Source: Lama guanicoe (lineage: Eukaryota). Taken from it: a stretch of 64,000 bases of DNA. The notes below the pieces were generated by a model, which was not told where the DNA came from, did no database searches, and saw only the letters and a list, made by a program, of their open reading frames with translations. Positions 12,640 to 24,593 of the stretch are shown here, in pieces. The position numbers and the translations under genes were made by a program. Location: NCBI GenBank assembly GCA_013239625.1, contig MU054323.1:11741815-11805814 (forward strand), written 5' to 3'. How positions within the stretch are numbered: the first letter of the stretch is position 1; each line of letters starts with the position of its first letter.

Positions 12640-14075
12640 ATTGTGCCCTCTCAGTCTTGCATCATCACAGTTCCCTTCTCTGCTGGACCATTCCCATTAG
12701 CACACAGACCTAGTACTATATTTTCCATCTTTAAAACCCTCCCTTGATCCCAGGTCCCTCGCCATCAGTCACTCCCTTTATGGAAAAAGACTCCCGTCTT
12801 CACTGTCTCCTCCCCTTCTCTCCTGAGTCCCACCACATCAGGCTTTCACCCTGATGTCTCCACTGCAGTGGCAGTTATGGAGGTCATCCATATGATCAAA
12901 TCCAACTGACAAGTCTCAGTGCTCAGTATGCTTGATTCAGCAGCATCACTGCACAGTGGCTCCAGCCCTCCCATGGGAGTGCTTTCCTCCTTTGCCTCTG
13001 GGACCCTACTCTCTCTTGGTTTTCTCCCACCTCTCCGGCTGCCCCTTCCAGCCTCTTCCTCTCAGCTAAGCATGGAAGTGCCCCCGGTTCTGCACCCAGT
13101 CATCCTCTCTTCTATACCACACACGCGTCCTGTGTGATCTCATCTAGTCCCAAGGATTTCAACACAGAGATGACTCCAACCCCTCCCCCTCTTCATTTCC
13201 AACTGCTTCCCCAGTGTCTCCACTTTAAGATCTAAAATATTTCCCGAACATATGTCCCCAACCCATGATTTCCTCTCTGAACCTGCTCCTCTAAGCCTTC
13301 CCCGTCACAGTACGAGGCAAATCCATCCTTCCCACTTCTCCAGCCTCCAATGGATGTATCACTCTGGACTCATCTCATTCCCCATAGCCTTTCTGTCAGT
13401 AAACTTGAACTATATCCCAGGGGACCTCTCAGCCCTTCCACCACAACCACCAGAGCCCAAGCCAATGTCATCTCTCATCAGAACTCTTAACTGGCCTCGC
13501 TGCTGCTTTCCTTTCTCCCTAGAGGTTATTCTCCACATAGAAACCAATGATAATTATCCTTTAAACATGTAAGTCAAGTCATGATACACCTCTTCACGGA
13601 ACTGTCTCCTGGCTGCGACTCCCTCAGGAACAAAGTCCTGACAATAGCCCCAAACCCCACCTGCTCTCATCTCCTGCTGCTCTCCCCCCTGACCCCACTC
13701 ACCCCATTCCAGCCATACTGGGCTCCTGGCTGTTCCTCCACCATGCCTGCCAAGCTTCCACCTCAGGGCCTTTGCACTTGCTGTTTCTGCCACCTGGAAT
13801 GCCTATCCCTGAAATATCTGCATGGCTTGCTCCCTCCCACTCAAATCTCACCTCACCTTTTCAGAGGACTTTTCCAGACTACCCTTCCCCTTACTTTGTT
13901 TTATGTTTCTTCATAGCATTCATCGGCACCATATAGACCATATATCTATTTGCCTTCTATTTTCTCTCACTAGAATGTAAGCCCCATGAGGGTAGGAACT
14001 CCCAATGGGTAACCCTAACGCCCAGCCCAGGGTCTGGCATGTGGTCCTACTCAATAAATAGTAGCTGAATGGATG
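12640..14075 (+). mobile_element. L2 LINE (L2a-like), RT region to 3' end
   Basis: RT-derived CATCAGGCTTTCACCCTGATGTCTCCACTG and CTTGATTCAGCAGCATCACTGCACAG (QSGF / LDLSAAFD-like); L2 tail CTAGAATGTAAGCCCCATGAGGGTAGG...CTCAATAAATAGTAGCTGAATGGATG. Confidence 0.85.
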
Positions 14076-14199
14076 CCAGGTCCCAAAGTGTGGATTTTAT
14101 TTGGAGAAGCAATGGGGAGCCACTGAAAACTTCTGAGGAGGGTGATCCCACACAGCCAGCTCCAGGACAGTCTTTCTGGCAGCGATGGTGGCTGCTGGA

Positions 14200-14540
14200 A
14201 CAGTAGAGAAAGAGCCCTAAACTGGAAGTCAGAATACCTGACCAGTGGCTCAGCCACACCATGGAACATTCTCCATCAAGCCAGTCACTTTGTCAATTTG
14301 GGCCAACTTTTTTTTTCTGTGATAGTAATGAAACTAGCTAACATTGATTTGAGTATTTATATTGGGTTAAACACTTTATGTGGATCACCTCACTGAATCC
14401 TTCTTGTAACTCTAAGATGTAGCTATTACTATTATACCTATTTCAGAGATGAGAAAACTGAGGCAGAAAGATGTATAGTAATGCTGGGAAGTTGGCAAGC
14501 CTAGATCCCAATGCAGGAAGTCTGATTCCGGAACCAATGA
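14200..14540. mobile_element. Two adjacent MIR fragments in opposite orientation
   Basis: + strand AAGAGCCCTAAACTGGAAGTCAGAATACCTG; - strand CCTATTTCAGAGATGAGAAAACTGAGGCAGA. Confidence 0.7.
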
Positions 14541-14964
14541 GCGGGGGTTGAATCTCACGATCTGCAAGGCATCTGCCCTCACACTCCATTATAACATGGA
14601 AAGAGAGAGAGAGAACTTGAGAGAGAGAGAGAAGAGTGGAGACAGACGATAGACACAAGGAGACATGGATGGAGAGAGAGAGAGGGAGAGTATGAGCGAG
14701 CTAAAGAGGCTACTGCAACTGTCCAGATAGGAAAAGGCTAAACAGGACAGACTAGAGAATGACAAGACAGGGCCAGATGTGAGCCAGGCAGTAGAAAATG
14801 ACAGTCCTACAGCAGTGAGAAAACACTCACAGGCTTGTTGGCCAACTGGATGTGGGTGGAGGGAAGAGAGGAGCAGAGATGAGGTCGGCTGTGAGCTCTA
14901 CCCGGGGTGGGGATGAGGATGTGGGTACCTGTGACAGGAGGAGGCGCGGAGATGAAATGGTGAG

Positions 14965-15347
14965 TGCATTCGTCAGAGCTGTCCAGAGACACAGAACCAA
15001 CAGGAGAGAGAGGGAGATGGAGGGAGAGTTTTTAAGGAATTGGCTCCTGCAAGAGTTGATGTTCAGTCTTGAGTCCAAAGACTGGAAACTCCAGCAGGGT
15101 TTCTATGTTACTGGTTTGAGGAGAATTCCTGCTTCTCCAGGAAACCTCACTCTTTGTGCTTAAGGTTTTCAGCTGATTAGATGAGGCCCATTCACTCAAT
15201 GGAGGGTCATCTGCTTGACTCCAGGGCTACTGATTTAAATGTTCATTGCGTGTTTAAAATACCTTCTCAGCAACATCTAGACAGGTGTTGGACAAGCAGC
15301 TGGGACGCATAGCCTCACCCAGCTGACATGTGGCATTGAGCACTGCA
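14965..15347 (-). mobile_element. MLT2 (ERVL) solo LTR, MLT2D-like
   Basis: TGCATTCGTCAGAGCTGTCCAGAGACACAGAACCAACAGG ... GCTGATTAGATGAGGCCCA ... CAGCTGACATGTGGCATTGAGCACTGCA; flanks GTGAG and GTAAG form a degenerate 5-bp TSD. Confidence 0.8.
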
Positions 15348-17837
15348 GTAAGCTTGTCCTTAGACATTCCGAGTGTGCAGAGCCAGCTGGAGACCCAAGG
15401 GCACTTCCAGGAGGGCGCTTCTCTCCAGTGAGGGCCTGGGCCACTGGATTCTCTACAGCATGCCCACCTTGATTCCCTTTCTCCTCTTCTTACTCCACCA
15501 GGTCCCTGAGGCCTTGTGGAAGCTTCTCCTTCCCACTATTATGGCTGTTGTATGATTCTTCTTAATCTTGGCACGAGGATGCCCTGGCTGGCTTCCAAGA
15601 AGGAGAATTGCTTTCTGTCTCCCTTACACTCTCCTGCTGCTTTTAATTGGATGCAGAGTATCTTGTCTTCTCTCCCTAGACAGACGCTGGAGAGTAGACT
15701 GTGATAGTGTAAGTGGCCACCTGCCCTAGCTCAGAGACAAATGAGGCCTAGAAGAGGGTGACGCTGGGACACCCTGGCCGCTTCATGGAGACTTTTGCTT
15801 CTAAGGAGATTCCTGAGGCCTTCGTGCCTATGGCTTCTCAGAAGGGGGGCTGTGGCAAGAATCACAGTGGGTTCCAGTCCTGCCTCAGCCACTAATGTGC
15901 CGGGTGGCCGTGGACCAGCCTTTCCCCATCTCTGGCCTTAAATGTCCACGCAGACCTGGCTAATCTCCAGGATGTCTCCCAGCTGGAATGTTCCACCATG
16001 CCATCGTGGCTGCTCATTTCTGTTATGCTCATGTACCAAGAAATAGGACTGGCCTGAGTCTGGGTGTGTGAGTATGTGTGGAAGAACTCAAGGGCACAGC
16101 TGGAAATTGAACCCAAGACCTTCAACTCCAAATCCAGAGCCCTGTCTGCTCCAGCCTTCCCAACGCTGTCCACTTCTCAGGGTCCAACCCCAGGTAAGTA
16201 GCACATTCTGTGCTGTGACCAGTATACCTACTCGGCACTAACATTTTATGAATGAACTCTCCCTTTCTGCTCGTAATGCTTTCTCATTCCATCCTGTGCC
16301 TTTAAAAAAAATTACAATTCACTAATGCGTCATGATCCATATTTAAAAAACACCCTGGTCTACTTCCCACTAAAGGAGACAACCACATGCTTTCACCAGG
16401 GGTTAAAGACAGGCTCTGCTCTCATCATTTCCCTACTCTGAGATGTCACAGGGCCCGGTCAGAGAGCAAACCTTCAATCTTGGGGGTCCTAGCACAGTGT
16501 ACACAGACCCCAGACTAAAGGATCCTGGGTGAGATCAGCCAACATTTGCCACTTTCGGAAGAAACCTGGTACATGGATACCAGTGAGTTAATAGTAGTGT
16601 GTCCCAACCATTCCTCTCAGAAATCATATAGAGTCTGGGTTGCCCCACTATCTGTGTTACTGTTTCCCACCACAATCCATGTGCACACCCTTTGTGGTTA
16701 AAATAGGAATTGAAATGAAATGCACATCCACCATCCTATTCCTGTGTACACTGTGCACCTCTATAAATAATAGCTTTCGCCTCTGGAAGGCTTTAGGCAG
16801 CAGATGCTGCCTGAGGGATACGACACACTGAGAGGGCCATGGTGTGGGTGTGTGCACGTGTATGTGTGTGTGCATACATGCATGCCAGGGGCAGGATGCT
16901 GCGTTAGCGACATCCTCCTGGGATAACAGAGGTCTGCTGAGTTCACTGCTCACGGGTGTACGTAGTGAGGCACGTAATGCACATGACGATGTGAGCTCGA
17001 GCCCCTTCTTTAGTGTTGATTATTCTCCTCATTCTCATTGTTACCGGCATGAACTTTTTCTCATCTTCCTCCTGCTCCCTACTGGGGAAGTCTGACCCCT
17101 CACCCGTGAGGCTCCCCAGGGAGACAGGAGTGAGGGTGTGTGGCCTCTCTCGGGGGGAGTATCATTAACCATGCCCTTAACGACCTTGCCAAGGGTTCCA
17201 CCATACCACAGCCACTCCCCTTCTCCAAGATGATGGTCCTCCACCCCCAGGACAGAACGGCTGAAGCTGCCACTTGGCCCAGGTCTCCCTCACCCCCCCA
17301 TCTTGATTGGAGCCAGCTTGGGGCGGGCTCTGGGCCCAGCAAGACAGAACCCCTAATTCAGCCCTGCTGGGTGATAATGTCAACACTCAGGGCTGCAGGG
17401 CACCTGACCTGGTTAACGGGCCGCCTCCATCCAGCTTAGAGCCTCTGCTGTCTGTCCTTCTCCCCTGCGTCTCCCACACGTAATAGGCTATGTCAGAAAT
17501 ACTGCTCCTGTATTATAAATATGCAAAGCTTGGGAGGCAGCAGGCAACGGGGATAAAACACCAGGGATTATTTACGAGTCTCCGGCTCGAACGCTGGGGC
17601 TTTATTTGCTTAATGAATGGCCGGGGCCAGCCATCAGCCCAGGGATTTATTTGTCACTCGGAGCAGAAGACACTAGGATGTGGAGATGTAAAAATGACAA
17701 ATTCTCCAACTCTGCCAAGGTGGTATGTCATTGCCACGATATCTAGCAGGGAAGGGAAGGTGAGGAGAGGGAAAGGACGGCTCCCGTGCTAAGCAGCAGC
17801 AGCTGAGAAGAACTTACAGTTGAGGGATTGGCTGTAT

Positions 17838-17875
17838 CCAAAAACAAAAACAAAAACAAAAACAAAAGCAAAATA
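17838..17875. repeat. (CAAAAA)n microsatellite
   Basis: Read directly. Confidence 0.85.
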
Positions 17876-18399
17876 AAAGCGTTGCTTTCCAGAATGAAGG
17901 TGGAGGGCCATTTCTGGAGGGCATCTGTAGCAGTTCTCATGTTCTTACTACCCTCAGCTCTCCCGGGCCCTTCCATGCTCCCATTTATCAAACTGCTCCA
18001 CCCAAGAAAATTCTACTGTGCGCAGAGGGAAGAGTATTGGCCCAGAAGAGCAGACACTCAGCTCTGAGTTTCTATATTCAGCAACTCAGGAACGGTGCGA
18101 CCTTGAGCAAGTCGCTTCAGCGCTCTGGATCTGTTTTTTTATTTGCAAAAGGAAGGGTCAGACAAGCTCTGTGACTCTTCTACAAAGAACCGAAGTCAGG
18201 AAGAGTCAGCCTGCCTCTTCACACACACGCTGCCCCTCACACCTCCACATTCATGGTCACAGATGCCTCTGCCACCACCATCATCCTAGTGTCTCCACCA
18301 GCATCATCCCCAAATACCTTATCATCGCCACCCATACCCAACCACCCACCCAATCAATCACACAGGGCAGCAGCGGCTCTTGTGAAGCCACCCAGGCAA

Positions 18400-18867
18400 A
18401 GACTGATCACTGTCTCCTTGAATCTTTCTCCACTTCATCCATTTGTTAAGAGAATCCCTGCGTCTTAGGAGGGCACGGCCACCCAACTAGTGACCATATT
18501 TCCCAGCCTGCCTTGCAGCCAGATGTAACCACATAATGAATGGAAGGTGAATGGAAATCATGTGTACAACACACAAGTCACAACCTTTATAAAGGACATG
18601 GACCGTCCCCACTCCTCTCCTTCCCCCGGCCCCTGCGCTGGGACGTGGATGTGATGGTGATGGCCAGTCTCAGCCATGGGGACAAGAACAACACACCAAG
18701 GCTTGGAAAGCAACAAGACAGCTGGGCTCTCCACGTGAGTTCATGCCGTACAGCATGGCCCACCCTGGACCACCTCCAGACTGTTCAGAAGGAAACAAGA
18801 CGTGTCTATCTTGGTAGAATCACTGTAATTTTTGGTACAGCAGCTTAGCCATATTCTAATGGATATA
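18400..18867 (+). mobile_element. MaLR LTR (MLT1J/K-like)
   Basis: CATATTTCCCAGCCTGCCTTGCAGCCAGATGTAACCACAT...GGAAATCATGTGTACAAC; 3' end TACAGCAGCTTAGCCATATTCTAATGGATATA. Confidence 0.65.
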
Positions 18868-21169
18868 CCGCGCACCGTCTTTGCAGGAAGAATGGGTCCT
18901 GCTCTGCTCTGGACAGCCATAGCGTGCCGGCTCTCTGACAGAACTCTATGAGAGCACGTCCTACAAACGTACTTGGCTATTACATGTGTGTCTTCCAGAC
19001 AGCGAGCAGCTGGAGAGCACGGCTTGTGCCTCCTTCACCCCCAAACAGTTCCAGCTTGCTGGCGCACCTCTCAACATCAGGATGCATGCAAACAAGATCA
19101 TGCAGATTAAAAGGAAGTCAGCAGATGCCCTGCCTGAGCCTTGAAAATAACTGCTACCCTTAGAATCCCATAAGGAAATGCGGCTGTGGGGGCAGGACCT
19201 TGGCTAGACATTCAGCCCAACTTGTAAGGAGGGACAGAGGCTACCCTTCCCCTCCATGCCCCCGTGCAAGAGCAGTGCAGGGGTCGGACCCATCCCTCAG
19301 CAATGTGTCTTCCTGCCCTGCTCCCTCTGCCTCCTCGGAGGAACTCCTTGGAGGTGCCTCTGTCCTTCAGGAAGGCCATGCTGAAGCCACGGTGGGACTG
19401 GGGGAGGAATACCCAGGGGTCAGACTCCTGAATACAAAGGAGTCATTCAGGTCTCCAAGGTGGGCAGCCAATCAGAGGCTCAGGCCCAAAGCCCTATCCT
19501 GTGAAAGAGCGATTTTTCTCAGAAAGCCTTCGGTGCCCACGGTCCCTGCGGAATTGCTGAGGCTGGCTGGTTGAGGACTCACCCACTTAAGGTAACTCCA
19601 GCCACCGACATCCCAGATCTCTAATCCCTACCTGAGCTCAGGTTGGGAAAGTCGGGGTGCGGGGCTCCAGGATGTCCTGAACAGCAACCAAGGGCAGGGC
19701 AATTTTCCAGGCTGCAAGAAACTCATGAAGTCAGCACTTTAGGGTAGCGGGGTTCAACTTTTGCTACTTTCACTTTTCTGGTGCCTTCCACCGAGGTCTG
19801 GATTAGGAAGCATTTTAGGGCTATGAAAGGACAGAAGAAGCCCAGAGGTCCCCGCAAACAAGTGCACAACTTGCTTCTGTAACCTTCCTGCCAGGGGAGC
19901 TGTTCTCTCTCTTTCTGGCCCAGGAAGCCCCTGCTCAGCACAGCCCAGCAGCACAGCTGAGTCATTAAGGTCATATCAACCTTCCACTGATCTGCCCTGA
20001 AGACAGAAGGTGCATCCTGCACTGGGAGATAGGAAGCCCGCCTCGGGCTGCACTTTGCTCCACACTGGAAAAACAGCTGGGTTCTGCTCAGGCTTTGTGA
20101 GAGGAGCTGGGAAAGGCTGCATTCCACACCCTAAGGGCATCATGGGAGCAGTCAGCTCCTAAAGCAGCTCTGAGCTGGGAGAGCCTGGAGTCACACGAGC
20201 CCAAGTTGAGTGCCATACTGTGATCAGTGAACGTCCTCAGGTTGGGGAACAAACGCCGCAGGGGAGGGGACAGATGGCAGTCGAGGAATCAGGTCTCCAA
20301 AATGAGCCCTGCTGGCTGGGGTGGGCTACTTCCCCAGGTGCTCCGGCAACTGAACCCTGGAAGCTTTGAGATATCTGATTAGAGAGCATTTCCCTCCTGT
20401 GCCCACGGACAGGGTGACGTGTGGCATGGCTCCTACTTGCAAAACCCAATGCACCTGTCTTCCCTGGTGGCCTCCCTCATGACCCTGACACTTCACACAG
20501 CAGAACCACAAGAGTCTCCATTTCAAAATACAGAATGATGCCATCTCAGCGCAAGACTCTGAGGTTGTCCCAATTGTCTCTTCCAAAGCCAGCCATTTAG
20601 ATGAACACTCTGTCTAGCCTGTGACCTACCTCCCCTTACTCTTGATTCTCCAGCTAAATTCAGCTGCTGCTGCTTTTGCTTCTCTTCACTTTCTACAGAA
20701 ACTCCTGTGCATAGTCCAGACACCCTCTCATCCCTGGATGCGTTATCTTCTCTCTCACATCTTGGGGGCGATGGTAAGCTGCGGCTCTGGGAAACCCTGT
20801 CCTCACTGAGTTCCTGGTTCCGTCTCCAACCCCCACACCTCTGCCTCTAATCAGTTCCATTTCTCTGCTGGCGAGTCCTTGCCCACCCACCCCATCCCTC
20901 TCCTCTCTCCACCCCTCCCCCAGAGATAGGCAGGTGAGGCCCAAATGTGAGTTCTGGCACTCACTTCTCTCCAGGATACCCCCTATGTTTCCAACTGTCA
21001 GCTCACCGCTTCCTCTTGGAGCTCTCACTACTGAAAACGCACGTCAGAAACGGAACTCATGATAACAGCAAACAAACCCTCAAACTTGTCAAGACTTTAA
21101 ACGTTCACAAGTGGCTTTTACACCTCTTTTACACCCACTATCCTATTTCAATCATACCAAAAAAAAAAT

Positions 21170-21300
21170 CCTAAAATATAGGCCAGGCAAGCATGACTAG
21201 TCTCATTTCATAGATGAGGGAACTAGGGGTTCAGAAGACTTGTCTAAAGTCAAAGAGCAAGTAAATTATGGAGCCAAGATCAACCTGTTTTTCTCCTGTC
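21170..21300 (-). mobile_element. MIR SINE
   Basis: CTCATTTCATAGATGAGGGAACTAGGGGTTCAGAAGACTTGTCTAAAGTCA. Confidence 0.7.
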
Positions 21301-22752
21301 TTCCTTCTCAGATCAAAGATCCAGACAGCCATCAAATCCTGTAAGTCTTCCCTCCTTCTAATCTCTTTAATACAAATCTGTCCTTCCACTGGCACAACTC
21401 AACTCTAGACTTCTGTCCCTCGCTGCCTGGATTACTGCAGTGGCCTCTAGCTTCACCTTAAATTTCATTCTTTAGCCTTTATAAGGCACCTAAAACAGGT
21501 CCCAAATAACGAACAGAACAATGATACCAAATAATCCTTTATAATACTTATTTCGTTTTGTCACTCTTCAAGGAAAAAGTTTCAAGGACTCCTCCCAGCC
21601 CCTGCTTTGCGCTGAGTCCACACCAGGACCCTGCCCAGTGGGAAGTGGCTTACTTGGCAGCCTTGCCTGGCAGGTTCCCTTGAGCCCCGTGTGGCTACAG
21701 CAGTCACTGACTTTTGATCTTTTTCTGGTCTTTTGATTGTTTTTCTATTCTCTATTTGATTTATTCCTGCTCTAATCTTTATGAATTTCCTTCTGTCTCT
21801 TTGATCTGCTTTTTCTGATTTCTCAAGGTGAAAGTTTAGGTTATTGATTTAAGATCTTTCTTCGTTTTAAATATAGGCACTCACAGACAGCCATCAATTT
21901 CCCTCTCAGCGCTGACTAAGCAGCACCCCATAGGTTTGGGTATGTTGTGTTTTCTTTTTCATGCTTCTCAAAGAATTTTCTAGTTTCCCTGTGATTTCTT
22001 CTTTAATCCATTAGTTAGTTAGAAGTAGTTAGAAGTTGTTTAGTTTCCACATATTTGTTCACTTCCCAAACTTCCTTCTGTAATTGCTTTCCAATGTTAC
22101 TCCGCTGTGGTTGGAGAGATTATTTTGTATGAATTCAATCCTTTTTAATTTACTGAGTTCTTGCAAGTCCTGATATACAGTATATCCTGGAGAATGTCCC
22201 ATGTGCACTGGAGAAGAATGTCTATTCTGTTGCTGTTGGATGGAATGTTCTAAGAATATCAGTTTAGTCTAGTAGGTTTATGGTGACCACGCCATCTATC
22301 CCCTTGTTGGTCATCTGCTGAGCTTTCTATCCATTATTGAAAGTGGGGTATTGAAATCTCCTGCTATTATCGTCGAATTGTCTATTGCTTCCTTCAGTTC
22401 TGTTAACTTCCGTCTCATGTATTTTGGGGTTCTGCTGTTAGGTGATTATGCTTATCTTTATTACACCCTCCTGATAAATTGACCCTTTTATTATTATAAA
22501 ATATTCTGGGTCTCCAGTACAAATTTGGTCTTAAAGTTTATTATGTCTGGATATTAGTATATATCCTTTTGGTTACTATTTGCACATTCTACCTCTAACT
22601 ATCCTTTGATTTCCAAGCAATCCATGTCTTTGAATTGAAAATATGTCTGCTGTAGACTACATGTAGGTTGGATCATGTTTTTTCAAAATCCATTTTGCCG
22701 ATCTCTGCCTTTTGATTAAAGTGTTGAGTCTATGTAAATATAATATAATTAG

Positions 22753-22907
22753 GGGGAGGGCATAGCTCAGTGGTAGAGTGCATGCCTAGCATGCACAAGG
22801 TCCTAAGTTCAATCCCCAGTACCTCCATTAAAAAGTTAATAAAGATAAGTAAGCCTAATTACCTCCCCCCTAAAAACAAAACAAAACAAAATAAAAAATA
22901 AAAAAAA
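22753..22907 (+). mobile_element. Camelid tRNA-derived SINE (Vic-1 type) inserted in L1
   Basis: GGGGAGGGCATAGCTCAGTGGTAGAG (A box) ... AGTTCAATCCC (B box) ... TAATTACCTCCCCCC plus A-rich tail; TSD ATAATTAG at 22745-22752 and 22908-22915. Confidence 0.9.
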
Positions 22908-24095
22908 ATAATTAGCGATAAGGTGGGATTTATATGCCTGCTATTTTGCTGTTTGTCTTCTGTGTGTCTTATGTCTTTTTTCCCTTTATTTCTCCATTAT
23001 TGCTTTTTTTATGTTATATGGATGTTTTCTAGTGTACCATTTTTATTTCCCACTGTTTTTTCTTCTTCGTCTTTGAATTCTTTTTTTAGTGAGTTCCCTG
23101 GAAATTACAATTAACATCTCAATTTATAACAGTCTAGTTCAGATGAATACCAACTTATTTTCAGTAGGATATAAAAACTTTGCTCCAGTATAGCTCCATT
23201 CTTTGCCCTCTACTTCATGCTATTATAGCCATACAAATCATGTCATCATGCATGCTAAGCCTGACAACACACTCTTATAATTACTGCTTTGTATGCTGTC
23301 TTTCAAATCAGGTAGGAAAAGAAAAGAGTAACAAAAGAAAAATACATTAACACCGTAGTAATTTTTACTACTGTTCTCTATTTCTTGGTGTGGATTTGAG
23401 TTACCTCCAGTGTTTTTTGCATTTCAGCCTGGAAGACTCTTTCATATTTCTTGTAGAGCAGGTCTTCTAACAACAAATTTTGTTTTCCTTTACCTGAGAA
23501 TGTCTCAATTTCTCCTTTTGAAGGATAGTTTTTACCGAATATAAAAGTGTTTAGCTGACAGTCTTTTTCTTTCAACATGTTGAATATTCAAGACCCCTGA
23601 CTTCTGGCTTTTAAGCTTTCTGATGAGAAGTCAGCTGTTAAGCTTTTGAGATTCCTAGTCCCTGACACATCTCTCCTGCTGCTTTAAAGATTCTCTCTGT
23701 CTTTGACTTTCGATGGTTTATGTATTTGGGTGTTGATTTCTTGGAGTTACTCTACTTAGAATTTGTTGAGATTCTTGGATGTGTAGATTAGTGCTTTCCA
23801 TAAACTTAGAAAGTTTTTGGACAATATTTCTTCAAATATTCTTTCTGCCACTTTCTCTTCTCTCCTTCTGGGACTCTATTACCCGTATGATGGTTTACTT
23901 TATAGTGTCCCACAGGTGTCATATTTTGTCTATTCTTCTTTTTTCATCCTGTTCCTCAGACTAGATAATATCGATTGACCTATTTTTAAGTTCACTGATT
24001 CTTTCTTCTGCCAACTCGAATATACTGTTGAGTCTCTCCAGTGAATTTTTCATTTCAGTTATTATACTTTCCAAGTCCAGAATGTCTATTTGGGG

Positions 24096-24119
24096 TATAT
24101 GTGTGTGTGTGTGTGTATA

Positions 24120-24160
<41 letters not shown>
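24096..24160. repeat. Compound (TG)n/(TA)n microsatellite
   Basis: Read directly. Confidence 0.95.
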
Positions 24161-24167
<7 letters not shown>

Positions 24168-24537
24168 TTCTTATCTCTTTATTGATACTCCCTATTTAAT
24201 GAAACAATGTTCTTACCTTTTCCTTTAATTCTCATATGTCCCTTAAATCACTGATGGATCCTCAGACTTATTTCCTAGTCCTGACTTGTATGAGGTGGAG
24301 AAACGTCCACCTTGGAGGAACTCTTTTCTCCCTAGCTCCACATTATTCCTGAAACACAGGAGGGTAACTTAAAAGAGTATGTTACAGGTAGGAAGTAGAG
24401 AGGAAAGCAAGCGCGTGAACTCAACAATGATTTACTCAGTACTTCTTAAATGAAAGGCACCATACAAGGCATTGGTGATTCCATGATGAAGACAGAGTCC
24501 CAGCCCTGAGGGTCAGAGAGATTTCAGCAGAAAAAAA

Positions 24538-24552
24538 NNNNNNNNNNNNNNN
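24538..24552. other. Assembly gap (15 N) followed by TCCCAC and a 34-nt poly(A)
   Basis: N run and A tract (24559-24592) read directly. Confidence 0.95.
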
Positions 24553-24557
24553 TCCCA

Positions 24558-24593
<36 letters not shown>

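Larger units (their letters stand above)
21720..24240 (-). mobile_element. Old L1 LINE, ORF1 to ORF2-endonuclease region, degraded
   Basis: T-rich top strand; ORF 23378-23578 LKEKDCQLNTFIFGKNYPSKGEIETFSGKGK resembles the L1 ORF1 C-terminus; TATCCTGGAGAATGTCCCATGTGCACTGGAGAAGAATG is antisense endonuclease region. Confidence 0.85.

Noticed and set aside
22753..22826. tRNA gene
   Set aside because: The A and B boxes belong to a SINE head followed by a SINE body, tail and TSD.
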